DNA of 64,000 nt from Candidatus Latescibacterota bacterium (GTDB taxonomy: Bacteria; Latescibacterota; UBA2968; UBA8231): the NCBI GenBank assembly GCA_965219385.1, contig CBDCNM010000002.1, positions 3,172,305 to 3,236,304 of the forward strand. Direction: 5' to 3'. A program made the position numbers and the translations under genes. Under the pieces are notes generated by a model that was not told where the DNA came from, ran no database searches, and saw nothing but the letters and a program-made list of their open reading frames with translations. Positions 40,731-51,346 of this stretch are shown here, piece after piece; position 1 is the first letter of the stretch, and every line of letters begins with the position of its first letter.

Positions 40731-43394
40731 TCACAGATGCAGGCGCAACATCCCCATCAATTCCTCGTTGTCCATTTCGGTTATCCAGGCTTCTCCAGCG
40801 CTGGCCACCACCTTGTCGAACAGCTCGGCTTTTTCCACCAGCATCGCGTCTATCTTTTCCTCGATGGTCCCCTGGGTCAGGAACTTGTGGACCATCACGT
40901 TCTTCTTCTGACCGATCCTGAAGGCCCGGTCGGTCGCCTGGTTTTCGACCGCCGGGTTCCACCAGCGGTCAAAGTGCACCACGTGATTGGCTGCGGTCAG
41001 GTTCAAACCGACCCCACCGGCCTTGAGGGAAAGCACCATGAAGGGGGTATAGTCAGCCGCATTCTGAAAACGCTCGATAAGTCCCTTGCGCTGGCGCACG
41101 GGCACACTGCCGTGCAGTACGAGCCCATCGCGCCCGAAGATGCCTGTTAGGAAGTCGTGCAGCGGCCCGGTCATTTCCCTGAACTGGGTAAAGACCAGGA
41201 CCTTCTCGCGCTTTTCGAAAATGGTCTCGCAGACCTCGCGGAGCCGCGCGAACTTGCCGCTGTCTTTCTCGTGGAAACCTCCGGTCCCCAGGTACTGGTC
41301 CGGATGGTTGCACAACTGCTTGAACTTCATCAGAGAGGAAAGGATAATCCCCCTCCTTTGAATGCCGTCCTTGTGCTCCAGCCGCTCGCGGATCTCCTCG
41401 ACCAGGTCTTCGTAGAGCACCACCTGCTTTTTGGTCAGAGACGCATAGGTTATCAGCTCGACCTTGTCGGGAAGATCGGCGATCACCGACTTATCCGTCT
41501 TGAGGCGTCGCAGGATATACGGGCTGACCACGCCCCGCAGCCGCGCGTAACCCGATGGGTCCTGTTTGAGGGTTTTGCAGAAAGCCTTGAACTCTTTTGG
41601 ATTGCCCAGCAAGCCGGGGTTGAGAAAATCAAAAAGAGACCACAGATCCGAGAGGCGGTTTTCTACCGGGGTACCCGTCATGACGATCCGGTTTTCCGCC
41701 CTCAGCTTCTTGATGGCCCTGGTCTGCTTGGTTCCGGGATTTTTGATGGCCTGCGCCTCATCCAGGATCACGTAGTTCCAGGAAATGCCCTGGAGCCATT
41801 GGTATTTGTGCGCCAGGGTGTAGGTGGTAATGACCAGGTCGAGGGCGCCGAGCGTCGCCTCGTCCAGGGCCTCGACGGCCTGTCCCTGATGTGCTTGCGG
41901 GTGGGCCACGAAGTAGGTCAGGTCCGGGGCGAAGCGCTCGATCTCGCTCTGCCAGTTTGCGATCAGCGAGGCCGGGATGACCAGGAGACTGGTTGGCTTG
42001 CGTTCCTGGATGGCACTCAGAAAGGCCAGGACCTGGATGGTCTTGCCCAGCCCCATATCATCGGCCAGACAGGCGCCGAAGTGCAGCGCATCCAGAAAGC
42101 CCAGCCAGTTCAGCCCTTGTCGCTGGTAGGCGCGGAGATCCGCTCTGAAGAAAACCGGCAGCGCGAGCTCGGTGACCAGATCGGGATCCAGCAGTTTCCG
42201 GGTGACCGAACCCAGCCACTCCCCGTTCGAGATCCCCACCTCCACCGCCTCGCCGCTGGCAGCGGAAAGATCGCCGGGGTTGAGCTGGAGACGCAGGGCA
42301 TCCCGGAGCGTCAAGCCCTCGCGGTCCAGCAACCCCCTGGCCTTGCCGTAGGCTTTTAGGGCCTGTTCCAGCTTCTCCGGGTCAACCGCCACCCACCGGT
42401 TTTTCAGGAAGGCAAGGCCCTCCGACTCGCGCAGCAGCCGCCGGGCTTCTTGCGCGGACAGCTCGACATCGCCCAGCAATAAACGCGGTGTGGCACTGAG
42501 GATGGCGTCCATGCTCACATGCGAGGGCCGTTTCTCACCGACGCTGATATCCACCTGTGGCTGCGAGGCTCGGGTCGTCCACCAGTTCGGGATGCGGCAC
42601 AGAATGCCCGAGTGTTCGTAAAGTGGAATATCCTTGAGGAATTCATACGCATCCCGGCTCGACCAGGAAAGCGGGTGAAAGAGTTCGCCGCTTTCGAGCA
42701 AGTCTGCCAGCAGAGGACTCTCGCGCGCGGCCGTGTGCACGGTGGAGAGCAACTCCAGCAATTTCCCCCGGTCGTCCTGGTATTCCTGGAGCGCGTTCCT
42801 GAGCGGGAGATGCCGGGAGGCGCCCTCCGCGTCAACCTTGGTCGAATAGGTCGCCAGAAACGCAAAGGGGTCATCCCCCTTTGAATTCTCGACCAGGTGA
42901 AAAAAGACGCGGCCGGCCAGATGGGTTTCGGGACTGTGGGTTTTGAAGAAGGCTTCGACGGTGCCTTCGCAAGCTTCGATGAGCCCGCTAAAGGCCTGGC
43001 CCAGATGCTCCCAGAGGTCTTCCAGCAGCTCCCGGGTCAGGTAATCGATTCCAGTCATCATGGGGGCCGAATCGATCAGGTTCCGCACCTCGTCCTCGTC
43101 CAGGGGTTCCACCTCGGCTTCGCCCCGGAGTTCCTCCAGATCCTCGACCCGGCTCAGACGGACGACAAAACGTCCGGCGAAGTCCCGCCAGTATTCGAGC
43201 GCCGGCGAAAGCCCGATCTGTCTGTCGCGAAATCCGAGCAGCAGCAGCCAGGTTTCCGGTTCGGTGTCGTAGCGGCGAAAGATATCGCGCTGCGCCTGGC
43301 TGGAGGATTCGTCGAAGCGCTCGGTGGTGTCGACGAACTCAAGGAGCAGCGATCCATGCGGCAGAATAGCGACATCCAGGGTCTGGTGCGCCAT
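40731..43394 (-). CDS. SNF2 family helicase/ATPase
   Basis: LADDMGLGKT, DEAQAIKN, TGTPVEN, WWNPAVENQATDRAFRIGQ. Confidence 0.93.
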   Translation of the reverse strand: MAHQTLDVAILPHGSLLLEFVDTTERFDESSSQAQRDIFRRYDTEPETWLLLLGFRDRQIGLSPALEYWRDFAGRFVVRLSRVEDLEELRGEAEVEPLDEDEVRNLIDSAPMMTGIDYLTRELLEDLWEHLGQAFSGLIEACEGTVEAFFKTHSPETHLAGRVFFHLVENSKGDDPFAFLATYSTKVDAEGASRHLPLRNALQEYQDDRGKLLELLSTVHTAARESPLLADLLESGELFHPLSWSSRDAYEFLKDIPLYEHSGILCRIPNWWTTRASQPQVDISVGEKRPSHVSMDAILSATPRLLLGDVELSAQEARRLLRESEGLAFLKNRWVAVDPEKLEQALKAYGKARGLLDREGLTLRDALRLQLNPGDLSAASGEAVEVGISNGEWLGSVTRKLLDPDLVTELALPVFFRADLRAYQRQGLNWLGFLDALHFGACLADDMGLGKTIQVLAFLSAIQERKPTSLLVIPASLIANWQSEIERFAPDLTYFVAHPQAHQGQAVEALDEATLGALDLVITTYTLAHKYQWLQGISWNYVILDEAQAIKNPGTKQTRAIKKLRAENRIVMTGTPVENRLSDLWSLFDFLNPGLLGNPKEFKAFCKTLKQDPSGYARLRGVVSPYILRRLKTDKSVIADLPDKVELITYASLTKKQVVLYEDLVEEIRERLEHKDGIQRRGIILSSLMKFKQLCNHPDQYLGTGGFHEKDSGKFARLREVCETIFEKREKVLVFTQFREMTGPLHDFLTGIFGRDGLVLHGSVPVRQRKGLIERFQNAADYTPFMVLSLKAGGVGLNLTAANHVVHFDRWWNPAVENQATDRAFRIGQKKNVMVHKFLTQGTIEEKIDAMLVEKAELFDKVVASAGEAWITEMDNEELMGMLRLHL

Positions 43395-43598
43395 GAGAGC
43401 CCATGCTGTTTACAAACAGTTTTTGAAAAAATAAATGATATTCGCGTAACTTAGAGAAAAGGATACTGCGCGAGCGCGGGAGGAGCAAGCAGAAAGTGGG
43501 TATTCATTCTTTTGAAAAATCGCATCACTACAGCTTCCCGGCGGCGCGCATCCGGGCGCCGTAGGTTTCGAGGGTGGCCTTCTAGATGTTCAGGTCAA

Positions 43599-43627
43599 TT
43601 GACAGGCCTGAGAAAAAAGAGTAGAGT
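43599..43627 (+). promoter_or_regulatory. sigma70-like promoter
   Basis: TTGACA-17 nt-TAGAGT. Confidence 0.5.
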
Positions 43628-43664
43628 AGTGGGCGATTTCACTCATCTCTCCCATCGAATCCGC

Positions 43665-45023
43665 ATGGAAAGCAAAGCCTCCGTCCAGAATAAACCGGGC
43701 GATCCGGTAGCGCTCTCTGAAAGCAGTCTGTGGCGCTACGCCTCGTTCACCGCGCTCTACATAGCTCAGGGTTTACCTCATGGTCTTTTGACCATTGCCC
43801 TGCCCGCATGGCTGGCCAAACAGGGGTTCAGCGTCGCTCAAGTGGGTGGCTTTATCGCCATCGTCACCCTGCCGTGGAGCCTGAAACTGGTGGGGGGGCC
43901 TCTGATAGATCGCTTCGGTTTTCTGCCCATGGGACGCCGCCGGCCGTGGGTCTTGGGCGCCCAGCTGGGCCTGCTGCTCAGTTTTGCCCTGATGGCGGCG
44001 GTGTCGGACCCGGCCGCCAATCTGGATCTGGTGGCGGCCATGGGGTTTGCCGTCAGTCTGTGCGGCGCCCTTCAGGATGTGGCCGTGGACGGCATGGCCA
44101 TCGACATCCTGCCCGAAGACCAGCGCACCCGCGCCAACGGCTTTATGTACGGCGGCAAGACCCTGGGCATAGCCGCGGCCTCTTCCGGGGGAGGGATCGT
44201 CCTCAGCGAGTACGGATTCAGCCCGGCCGTGCTGCTCATCGCCGGGTTGCTGGCACTGATCATGCTGTTCCCCCTGCTGCTGCGCGAACGCCCGGGCGAG
44301 CGGCTGCTTCCCTGGACCCTCGGAAGGGCTTCGCAGACCGCCGTGCAGCTCCAGCTGAACGACCTGCGCAGCATCGTGCGCGGGCTTTTTCAGGCCTTTT
44401 TGCTGCCGATGAGCCTGATGGCCGCACTGATGGTTTTTGTCTTCAGGATGTCGGAGGGCCTGCTCGAAACCGTATTGCCCGTGCTCACCATACAGCAGCT
44501 GGGCTGGGAGGACACCGATTACTCTCAGCTCATGGGGATCGCCAGCATCATAGCCGGTGCCACGGCCATGGTCCTCGGCGCCACCGTAGTCGAACGAGTG
44601 GGCCGGCTCCGCACCATTTTCATCGCCAATGTTCTCTTGGTCCTCCTCGCAATAGCCGCCGGATCCCTGTCCTACCTGTGGCCCTCGCGCACCCTGGCCG
44701 GCGCCTATGTGATCCTCACCCAGATGATCTACGTCACCGTAGCCGTGGTCTTCCTGGCGACCTTCATGGGCATGTGCTGGAAGCGCGTCGCCGCTACGCA
44801 GTTCACCTTCTATATGGCCCTGGGCAACCTCGGCTACTCGGCGGGAGCCGCCCTGGCCGGTCCCCTCGACGAGGTCTTCGAGTACAACCACATCTTCTTT
44901 GTGCTGGCAGGTATTGGGGCGGCCACCCTCGCGCTAGTGCATTTCGTGGACCTGGAAGCGCATCAAGAGCGCATCGCCGGTCTCGACGCAGATGGTGATC
45001 GGCCCGGCCACCACCTGCATTGA
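43665..45023 (+). CDS. MFS transporter, AmpG-like
   Basis: YIAQGLP, LPWSLK, GRRRPW, QDVAVDG, ATQF. Confidence 0.85.
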   Translation: MESKASVQNKPGDPVALSESSLWRYASFTALYIAQGLPHGLLTIALPAWLAKQGFSVAQVGGFIAIVTLPWSLKLVGGPLIDRFGFLPMGRRRPWVLGAQLGLLLSFALMAAVSDPAANLDLVAAMGFAVSLCGALQDVAVDGMAIDILPEDQRTRANGFMYGGKTLGIAAASSGGGIVLSEYGFSPAVLLIAGLLALIMLFPLLLRERPGERLLPWTLGRASQTAVQLQLNDLRSIVRGLFQAFLLPMSLMAALMVFVFRMSEGLLETVLPVLTIQQLGWEDTDYSQLMGIASIIAGATAMVLGATVVERVGRLRTIFIANVLLVLLAIAAGSLSYLWPSRTLAGAYVILTQMIYVTVAVVFLATFMGMCWKRVAATQFTFYMALGNLGYSAGAALAGPLDEVFEYNHIFFVLAGIGAATLALVHFVDLEAHQERIAGLDADGDRPGHHLH

Positions 45024-45108
45024 TCCGGGGAACCGAACTGTTGCCCGGATGTCAAACGAGTATAGATTATACTGCACCGAATGATGCTCGAACGAACGGA
45101 GAACCGGC

Positions 45109-46179
45109 GTGAAAAACATCATCCTGTCGATCGCGATGACCCTTCTTATTGCCAGTGGGAGAGGAGAGACCATGGAATTCGAGAAAGCCACGTTTGCAGG
45201 TGGGTGCTTCTGGTGTGTCGAAGCCCCGTTGGAGCCCCTTACCGGGGTACAGTCGGTGGTGTCCGGATACACGGGCGGCCACAAGGAGAACCCCACCTAT
45301 GAAGAGGTGTGCTCGGGTACCACCGGACACCTCGAGGCCGTGCAGGTGGTGTTCGACCCGTCGGTGATCAGCTACAATCAACTGCTGGATGCCTACTGGC
45401 GGCTTTTCGACCCGACCGACGCGGGGGGTTCCTTCCACGATCGCGGCACGCAGTACAGCTCCGCCATTTACTACCACAGCCAGGAACAAAAAGCCGCCGC
45501 CGAGGCTTCGAAGAAGGCGCTGGACGAGTCGGCCCGTTTTGCCAGGCCGGTCGCGACCCCCATCCTGCCGGCGCAGCACTTCTACCCGGCCGAGGCCGAC
45601 CACCAGGATTTCTACAAGAAGAATCCCTCGCACTACAAACGGTATCGCGAGTCCTCGGGTCGGGGCCGCTTCATCGAAGCGCACTGGGGAAAGGACGGGG
45701 AAAAAGACCATTCGTATGCCAGGCCATCGGACGAGATTCTAAAGCAAAAGCTGACGCCCTTGCAATACGAAGTCACCCAGGAGGATGGAACCGAGCCTCC
45801 GTTCCGGAACCAGTACTGGGACAACAAAAAGGAGGGGATCTACGTCGACGTGGTATCGGGAGAGCCCCTGTTCAGCTCCACCGACAAGTTCGGATCGAAA
45901 ACCGGCTGGCCGAGCTTCACGCGCCCCCTGGTCGCCGAGAATATCGTCAAAAAGAAGGATTTCAAGCTCCTGCTACCCAGAACAGAAGTGCGCAGCAAAC
46001 ACGCCGATTCGCATCTGGGACACCTCTTCAACGACGGGCCGGCCCCCACGGGGCTGAGGTACTGCATGAACTCCGCGGCGCTTCGCTTCATCCCCAAAGA
46101 AGACCTCGAAAAGAAAGGCTACGCGGATTTTCTGAAGCTGTTCGAGCAGAGGCCAGAGAAGCCCTCTTCCGAGCGTTGA
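45109..46179 (+). CDS. msrAB: bifunctional methionine sulfoxide reductase A/B
   Basis: AGGCFWC, GWPSF, HLGHLF, RYCMNS. Confidence 0.95.
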   Translation: MKNIILSIAMTLLIASGRGETMEFEKATFAGGCFWCVEAPLEPLTGVQSVVSGYTGGHKENPTYEEVCSGTTGHLEAVQVVFDPSVISYNQLLDAYWRLFDPTDAGGSFHDRGTQYSSAIYYHSQEQKAAAEASKKALDESARFARPVATPILPAQHFYPAEADHQDFYKKNPSHYKRYRESSGRGRFIEAHWGKDGEKDHSYARPSDEILKQKLTPLQYEVTQEDGTEPPFRNQYWDNKKEGIYVDVVSGEPLFSSTDKFGSKTGWPSFTRPLVAENIVKKKDFKLLLPRTEVRSKHADSHLGHLFNDGPAPTGLRYCMNSAALRFIPKEDLEKKGYADFLKLFEQRPEKPSSER

Positions 46180-46481
46180 CCAGTGTTGCTTGGCGGGAAG
46201 TAACTGCCAGGTCCGGGGGGGCCTGAAAACCGAGAACAAACCTCCGCCGAACCGCCCCACACCCTGCCCTCGACGCCCCCGCACCTGCTTGAAGGGCGGC
46301 ATCTTCGGAGCTTTAACACCCTCGTCCTTGTACGAAGTAGCCCGCGGTCATGGATCAACTCCTCTCGAAGATCGTTTCCTGGGTGGATCCCAAGGATACA
46401 ATATCTCTCAGGCTAATAATATTTTGCAGATTTAATATTTCATGTTAAATTTGCAAGAATACATATTTCATACCAATCCTA

Positions 46482-46519
46482 ATAAAAGATGAAAGTCAGC
46501 ATAAAAGATGAAAGTCAGC
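46482..46519. repeat. 19-bp tandem duplication ATAAAAGATGAAAGTCAGC x2 spanning a start codon
   Basis: Read directly from the sequence. Confidence 0.95.
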
Positions 46520-47719
46520 CAACGACAACTCCTCGAGGATGGTTTCATTATTTTGCGGGAGGTCGTGTCCGCCGACGAACTGGACGAATTGCGCCCTGCT
46601 ATTGAAGTCCTGGTCGGGCGTCAGAAGGAAATCTGGGCCCGCGAGCGCCAGCCCGGCGATCCACCCGGGGGCGCATGGGAGACGGGCGCCCAGCCGCGGC
46701 TGGTGCACTTCCAGAACTTGATCGACGAGACCACCGCCCGCACGGTCGAAGCCTGGCTGCACGAAAACACCCTCGGGGTCAGCCGCCAGCTGTTGAGCGT
46801 GCCGGAGCAGGCAGGGGTTGCGGGGATGATGCTGATGTGCAGCCCGCAACGCGATCACGGCCCCGCGGCCTGGCACCGCGATGTCCATCCCATCGACATG
46901 GCCCCGCTCGGCAATTTGCAGGCAGACCTGCTGGAGAACGGCCCCAAGTACCTCCAGTGGAATATCCCGCTCTACGACGACGACGTGTTCTGGGTGGTGC
47001 CCGCCAGTCACCGCCGCCTCAACACCGGGGAGGAAAACCAACAACTGAGCGAAAATCCGCGCGTCCCCCTGCCGGGCGGCATCCCGGTGGAGCTCAAGGC
47101 CGGCGATGGGGTGGTGTACAGCAACTACCTGCTGCACTGGGGCAGCAACTACAGCACCCGGCTACGGCGCACTCTGCATGGCGGCCACACCATTTTTCCG
47201 TACTATGAGGACCTGAGCTTCACCCGGTTTCTCGCGCCCGAGGCAAGGGACGCCTTTGTGGAGTGGGACCGGAAAAGCGCCAGGATGCAGGATTCTACCG
47301 AGGCCGCCCTGCGAGCCATCATCGACAAAAATGCTGGGGTCTACCACACCGCGGTCGAAGCCCTCCAGCCCGGGGCCGGCGAGGCGGGCCAGATGGTGCA
47401 GGCCATATACCTGTGCAAGGCGGCCTACCACATCCACATCCTGAAAAAACCCGATTTCGACAGCCTGCCGGAAGGGGTGCGCCAGCGGGCCGCCAGGTCC
47501 CATTCGATCAGCCTCAACTGGGGACCGCGGTTCGCCGATCGCTTTTCACGGGAAGAGGCCGATCTGCTGTGGCACCGCTGCGCCACCCTCGACGCCGGAC
47601 TCCAGGCGGACGAAGAGCATATCGTCCCTGGTTTCCAGGATCGAACGATGCGCTACTTTTTCGAGGAGATGGCGTCTCCCTTCGGGGTCGAGGATTTCAT
47701 CGCCAGCTGGGATCGGTGA
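46508..47719 (+). CDS. PhyH family dioxygenase with C-terminal extension
   Basis: EDGFIILR, AWHRD, VVPASH, LKAGDGV...LHWG. Confidence 0.85.
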   Translation: MKVSQRQLLEDGFIILREVVSADELDELRPAIEVLVGRQKEIWARERQPGDPPGGAWETGAQPRLVHFQNLIDETTARTVEAWLHENTLGVSRQLLSVPEQAGVAGMMLMCSPQRDHGPAAWHRDVHPIDMAPLGNLQADLLENGPKYLQWNIPLYDDDVFWVVPASHRRLNTGEENQQLSENPRVPLPGGIPVELKAGDGVVYSNYLLHWGSNYSTRLRRTLHGGHTIFPYYEDLSFTRFLAPEARDAFVEWDRKSARMQDSTEAALRAIIDKNAGVYHTAVEALQPGAGEAGQMVQAIYLCKAAYHIHILKKPDFDSLPEGVRQRAARSHSISLNWGPRFADRFSREEADLLWHRCATLDAGLQADEEHIVPGFQDRTMRYFFEEMASPFGVEDFIASWDR

Positions 47720-47736
47720 TACAGAAGGGGTCTGAT

Positions 47737-48552
47737 ATGAAACTGAGCGAGACGCAAGTCAACTTCTTCAACACCTTCGGCTACCTGCACTTTACCGCGC
47801 TCTTCGACGCCGAGGAGACCGCCTGGATCACCGAGGAGTTCGACCTCTCCATCCAGGAATTCGGCGGAGGGAGGGAGCACGACGGCTCCCAGCGCACCAT
47901 GTTCGGCGGGCCGATCGAGCACCGCCCCAGGCTCTGCACCCTGCTGGACGACGGCCGGGTCAAAGGGATCATCGGCGGGGTTTTGGGGGAGGATTTTAAC
48001 TACGCCAGCGGCGACGGCAACTACTACACCGGCGATACCCGCTGGCACCCGGACGGCAACTGGGGGCAGCTCTTCGCCTGCAAGGTCGCCTTCTATCTGG
48101 ACCCGCTCACGGCCGCCAGCGGCTGCCTGCGCGTCATCCCCGGCAGCCAGGATCCCGACCACTTCGTGCGCGTCCGGAGCATCGATCCCAACAAGGCGCA
48201 GGAACTGTTCGGGGTCGAGCCGCGCGACTTTCCCGGCAGCATCGCCCTGGAAACCCGGCCCGGCGATCTGGTCATTTTCAACCACGATCTCTTCCACGCC
48301 TCCTTCGGCGGCAATACTCGCCGGCGGATGTTCACCATGAACAACACCCGCCACTGCACCAGCGCAGCGGATCTGGAAACCCTGCGCAGCTACCTGAGCA
48401 GACACTCGCCCGGCTGCCACGATCACGATACCGGGGCCGGCATGTTCTACCCCACCATGGTGGACACGGCCGGGGGAGAACGCCGGGTCCACCTGCGGCA
48501 GTGCGGCCAGATGCACGACCAACTCTTTCCCCAGTTCGCCCGGCAGGGCTGA
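47737..48552 (+). CDS. PhyH family dioxygenase
   Basis: FNTFGYL, RWHPD, GCLRVIPGS, PGDLVIFNHDLFH. Confidence 0.88.
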   Translation: MKLSETQVNFFNTFGYLHFTALFDAEETAWITEEFDLSIQEFGGGREHDGSQRTMFGGPIEHRPRLCTLLDDGRVKGIIGGVLGEDFNYASGDGNYYTGDTRWHPDGNWGQLFACKVAFYLDPLTAASGCLRVIPGSQDPDHFVRVRSIDPNKAQELFGVEPRDFPGSIALETRPGDLVIFNHDLFHASFGGNTRRRMFTMNNTRHCTSAADLETLRSYLSRHSPGCHDHDTGAGMFYPTMVDTAGGERRVHLRQCGQMHDQLFPQFARQG

Positions 48553-48561
48553 AAGCGAAAC

Positions 48562-49470
48562 TCAGCGGGCGTAGCCGTCCGGGCCGGTCTTGCGCCAGTC
48601 GGGCAGGTAGCCTTCGGTGCGGCCGAAGCCGTACGAGGGGCCGATCTGGTTTTCGGTCGACCAGGGCCAGCTCTGACCGCCGATGACGCGGAACCGGTCG
48701 CCCTTGCCGCACAACCAGTAGAACATGTGCGCCGCGTAGCGCGCCAGGATGTGACCGCCGTAATAGGCGGTGTGGAAATCGAAGTCCGCTTCGACGATCC
48801 AGTCCCTTTGCGGGGGCGTGGAGCGCCAGTAGCTGTACTTGAGCATGTGGCGCCGGCCGGTGGCGGTGGAGGCGGCGCGGCGGTGCAGGATGCTCTGGTG
48901 GTGGATGCCCAGGGTGCCGGCGGGGCCGTCGGACATGATCCCCTCGCCCCCGGTACCCTGGCTTGGACCGATGTGGGTGCCGGGCACCAGTTCCGTGGGG
49001 CCCAGCTCCACCGGGGTGTCCTGGGGAAAGTAGAAGACCTCGACGAAGTTGAGTTCAGGGCCAAAGACGTGGTCGGCGTCCTGGTGCCAGTTCTGGGCCG
49101 GCGCGGGACACTGGGACTTGTGATGGCTTACCAGCACCGGCAGCCCCACGTTTTTGCCCAGCAGGGAGCGGATGGCACCGGTCACCTGCGGGTTGAGCAG
49201 GACGTGCTGGATGAACCAGTCCTCCAGGAAGATGGTGCTGGGCTCGCGGGAGGCGCGGATGCGCTCCAGGTCGGCCTGGGTCATGCCCGCGGGAATGAAA
49301 CAGGGGTTGGCCGGTATCTTGCCCTCCAGGTAGTCGCAGGTGCGCTGGTTGATCTCGTCCGGCACCACGCCACGCAGCAGCAGGTGGCCCTCGCGACAAA
49401 ACTCCAGGACCTGGCTGTCGCCCAAGGTGGGCTCACAATCGAAGGTGCGGTTGGTTTCGTCGTAGTGCAT
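48562..49470 (-). CDS. PhyH family dioxygenase
   Basis: NWHQD, GPTELVPGTH, ILHR; AAGGAG RBS. Confidence 0.85.
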   Translation of the reverse strand: MHYDETNRTFDCEPTLGDSQVLEFCREGHLLLRGVVPDEINQRTCDYLEGKIPANPCFIPAGMTQADLERIRASREPSTIFLEDWFIQHVLLNPQVTGAIRSLLGKNVGLPVLVSHHKSQCPAPAQNWHQDADHVFGPELNFVEVFYFPQDTPVELGPTELVPGTHIGPSQGTGGEGIMSDGPAGTLGIHHQSILHRRAASTATGRRHMLKYSYWRSTPPQRDWIVEADFDFHTAYYGGHILARYAAHMFYWLCGKGDRFRVIGGQSWPWSTENQIGPSYGFGRTEGYLPDWRKTGPDGYAR

Positions 49471-49540
49471 GGTTTCTCCCTTTGGGGAAATTGTGGGTGC
49501 AGACATAATCAGTACTTCACGGAATCGGCGGTGTCCGAAG

Positions 49541-50314
49541 TTATAGCCTTGCCGCGTACAAGGTGTTCTTCATGGGTACGCGGCGCACCTCGGAGTAGTC
49601 GATGTAGGTGCCGACCTTTTCGTCGTTGCCGGCGAGGGGGGTGGGACCGCGGAGGACGAATTCGGCCACCTCGCCGGTGTTGTAGCAGACGAAGGCCCAG
49701 TGGAGGCGTTCGATCTCGTGCTCGACCGCAGCCGTGAAGTCCGGGAAGATCAGGGGCCCGGTGTCCACCTGCATGCGGCCCTGTTCGAGGGCCACGTTCA
49801 TGGTCTTGATCGGGTATTCGATGGTGGCGCGCATCTTGCCGTCGTCGCTCCACACTTCCGTGCGGGCCACGATGGGGTCGTAGCTCATGGTCGCCTCCAC
49901 GGTCTCGGCGTCGTTCTCGAGCTGGCGCACCTCGGGGTAGGGACGGATGACGACCTCGTAGCGCAGGAACCTTCCCCGGGTCTGCCGCGCCACCCGCCAA
50001 TCCCCGCCGAAGGGATTGATTTCACCGGTCTTTATGTGGCCGTACAGGGATATATCCTGGGCGAAGATGCCGGAAAACTCGTAGTTGGGCTGTTGCCACA
50101 ACGTCTCGTCGCGGTACATCCACTCGGTGCGGCAGGGCGAGATGAGGTTGTACTCCGTGGTTGCACCGATCTCCTGGTTGGTGATCCAGCAGCGCGAATC
50201 GAGCAGGATGCGCACGGAATTGTCGTAGGGCATGTGGCCCGGCTTGCGGTCGTCGTCGGGGTTGTATTTGCTGGTCCAGGCGATATAGGAGTTGCCGTAA
50301 TCGGTGATCTGCAT
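49541..50314 (-). CDS. hypothetical protein
   Basis: 257 aa ORF with GGAGG RBS and host-like codon usage. Confidence 0.7.
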   Translation of the reverse strand: MQITDYGNSYIAWTSKYNPDDDRKPGHMPYDNSVRILLDSRCWITNQEIGATTEYNLISPCRTEWMYRDETLWQQPNYEFSGIFAQDISLYGHIKTGEINPFGGDWRVARQTRGRFLRYEVVIRPYPEVRQLENDAETVEATMSYDPIVARTEVWSDDGKMRATIEYPIKTMNVALEQGRMQVDTGPLIFPDFTAAVEHEIERLHWAFVCYNTGEVAEFVLRGPTPLAGNDEKVGTYIDYSEVRRVPMKNTLYAARL

Positions 50315-50372
50315 CGGGTTCCTCCGGCTTGCAGGGGGGCAGGATTAAATGCCTCTTCCGCGAACTGGCCTC

Positions 50373-51215
50373 TTAATAAAAGGTCTCCGCATTGTGGACG
50401 GGATCATACCCGAGTTCTCGGCGGGGCGTTTCAATATCGAAGATATTGTATGTATTGTTTGAAATTGCGAAATAGTGCGAACCACTTGGCAGCCTTCCGT
50501 TGCAATGGGCTTGAAAACAGGCATGGACAAAACGAGCGGCATCTTCCTGGTGACACCACACGGAAAAGTAGCCTCGCTCCGGTGCAAGGGCGTTGTTCCG
50601 GGCGTTGATACCTCCCCACCGTGCGGCGATGGCGCTGTGGCCGCGGTCGGCCAGGCGTCTCACCCACTCTTCTACATGGGCCTTTTCGCGGCCGTAATCA
50701 TTAATCGCATGCGCGGGTACAGGGGCGGGTATGGGTTCCGGCCATTCGGCTATTTCATCGAAGCGTCTTTCAGCAATGGTCCAGTAAACGCCCTCTTCAT
50801 AAAAGTTGTACAGGCCATCGACCGCATGAACCGAACTCGAACCTATGAGCATGGGAGGTTGGTCCTGAGCTAAAACCGTTTCGAAAACAAGATCCGTCAT
50901 TCTATTCATGGACTCCAGATCTTCTCGACGAGCCAAATAAACGACCAGGTCGCGACCAGGGACAAGCTCGCGGAAGGCGTCGGGAGCAGCAAAAATATCC
51001 AGGTCTATAAAATCTCTCTGGACATCTGTTTCAACCGCTTTATCCTCCGCACCAGGTAAATCGACGGAAACAATACGGTAGCGTTTGTCAAGACGAGAAA
51101 GATACGTCCTCAAGCCTGCACCAATATTGCCTCGACCACCGATCAACAACACCTTGTATTCAGAGGCTCCAGCAAGTCCTGAAATGGCTTGTTTCCGATC
51201 ATCCTTCTGAGGCAT
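50373..51215 (-). CDS. NAD-dependent epimerase/dehydratase family protein
   Basis: IGGRGNIG, SSSVHA, YGREK. Confidence 0.82.
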   Translation of the reverse strand: MPQKDDRKQAISGLAGASEYKVLLIGGRGNIGAGLRTYLSRLDKRYRIVSVDLPGAEDKAVETDVQRDFIDLDIFAAPDAFRELVPGRDLVVYLARREDLESMNRMTDLVFETVLAQDQPPMLIGSSSVHAVDGLYNFYEEGVYWTIAERRFDEIAEWPEPIPAPVPAHAINDYGREKAHVEEWVRRLADRGHSAIAARWGGINARNNALAPERGYFSVWCHQEDAARFVHACFQAHCNGRLPSGSHYFAISNNTYNIFDIETPRRELGYDPVHNAETFY

Positions 51216-51295
51216 AGGTCTCATTCCCTTTCGCGATCGACAATCACTTTCATAGGGGCGACATATTCTGACATTACTCCACTCCATATAGAGCC

Positions 51296-51338
51296 AAAAA
51301 GAAAGGCCCTGGGAGCCAAAATCAGGTCTCCAAGGCTT
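51296..51338 (-). terminator. rho-independent terminator just after the tRNA-like att core
   Basis: GCCTTGG...CCAGGGC stem followed by CTTTCTTTTT. Confidence 0.6.
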
Positions 51339-51346
51339 GTCGAAAA

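Noticed and set aside
37260..41150. Long alternative ORFs (e.g. 37284-39281, 38192-39556, 39414-41150) and similar ones elsewhere
   Set aside because: Shadow frames of GC-rich real genes, with no recognisable motifs
46200..46400. Possible gene fragment after msrAB
   Set aside because: Could not assign any frame to a family
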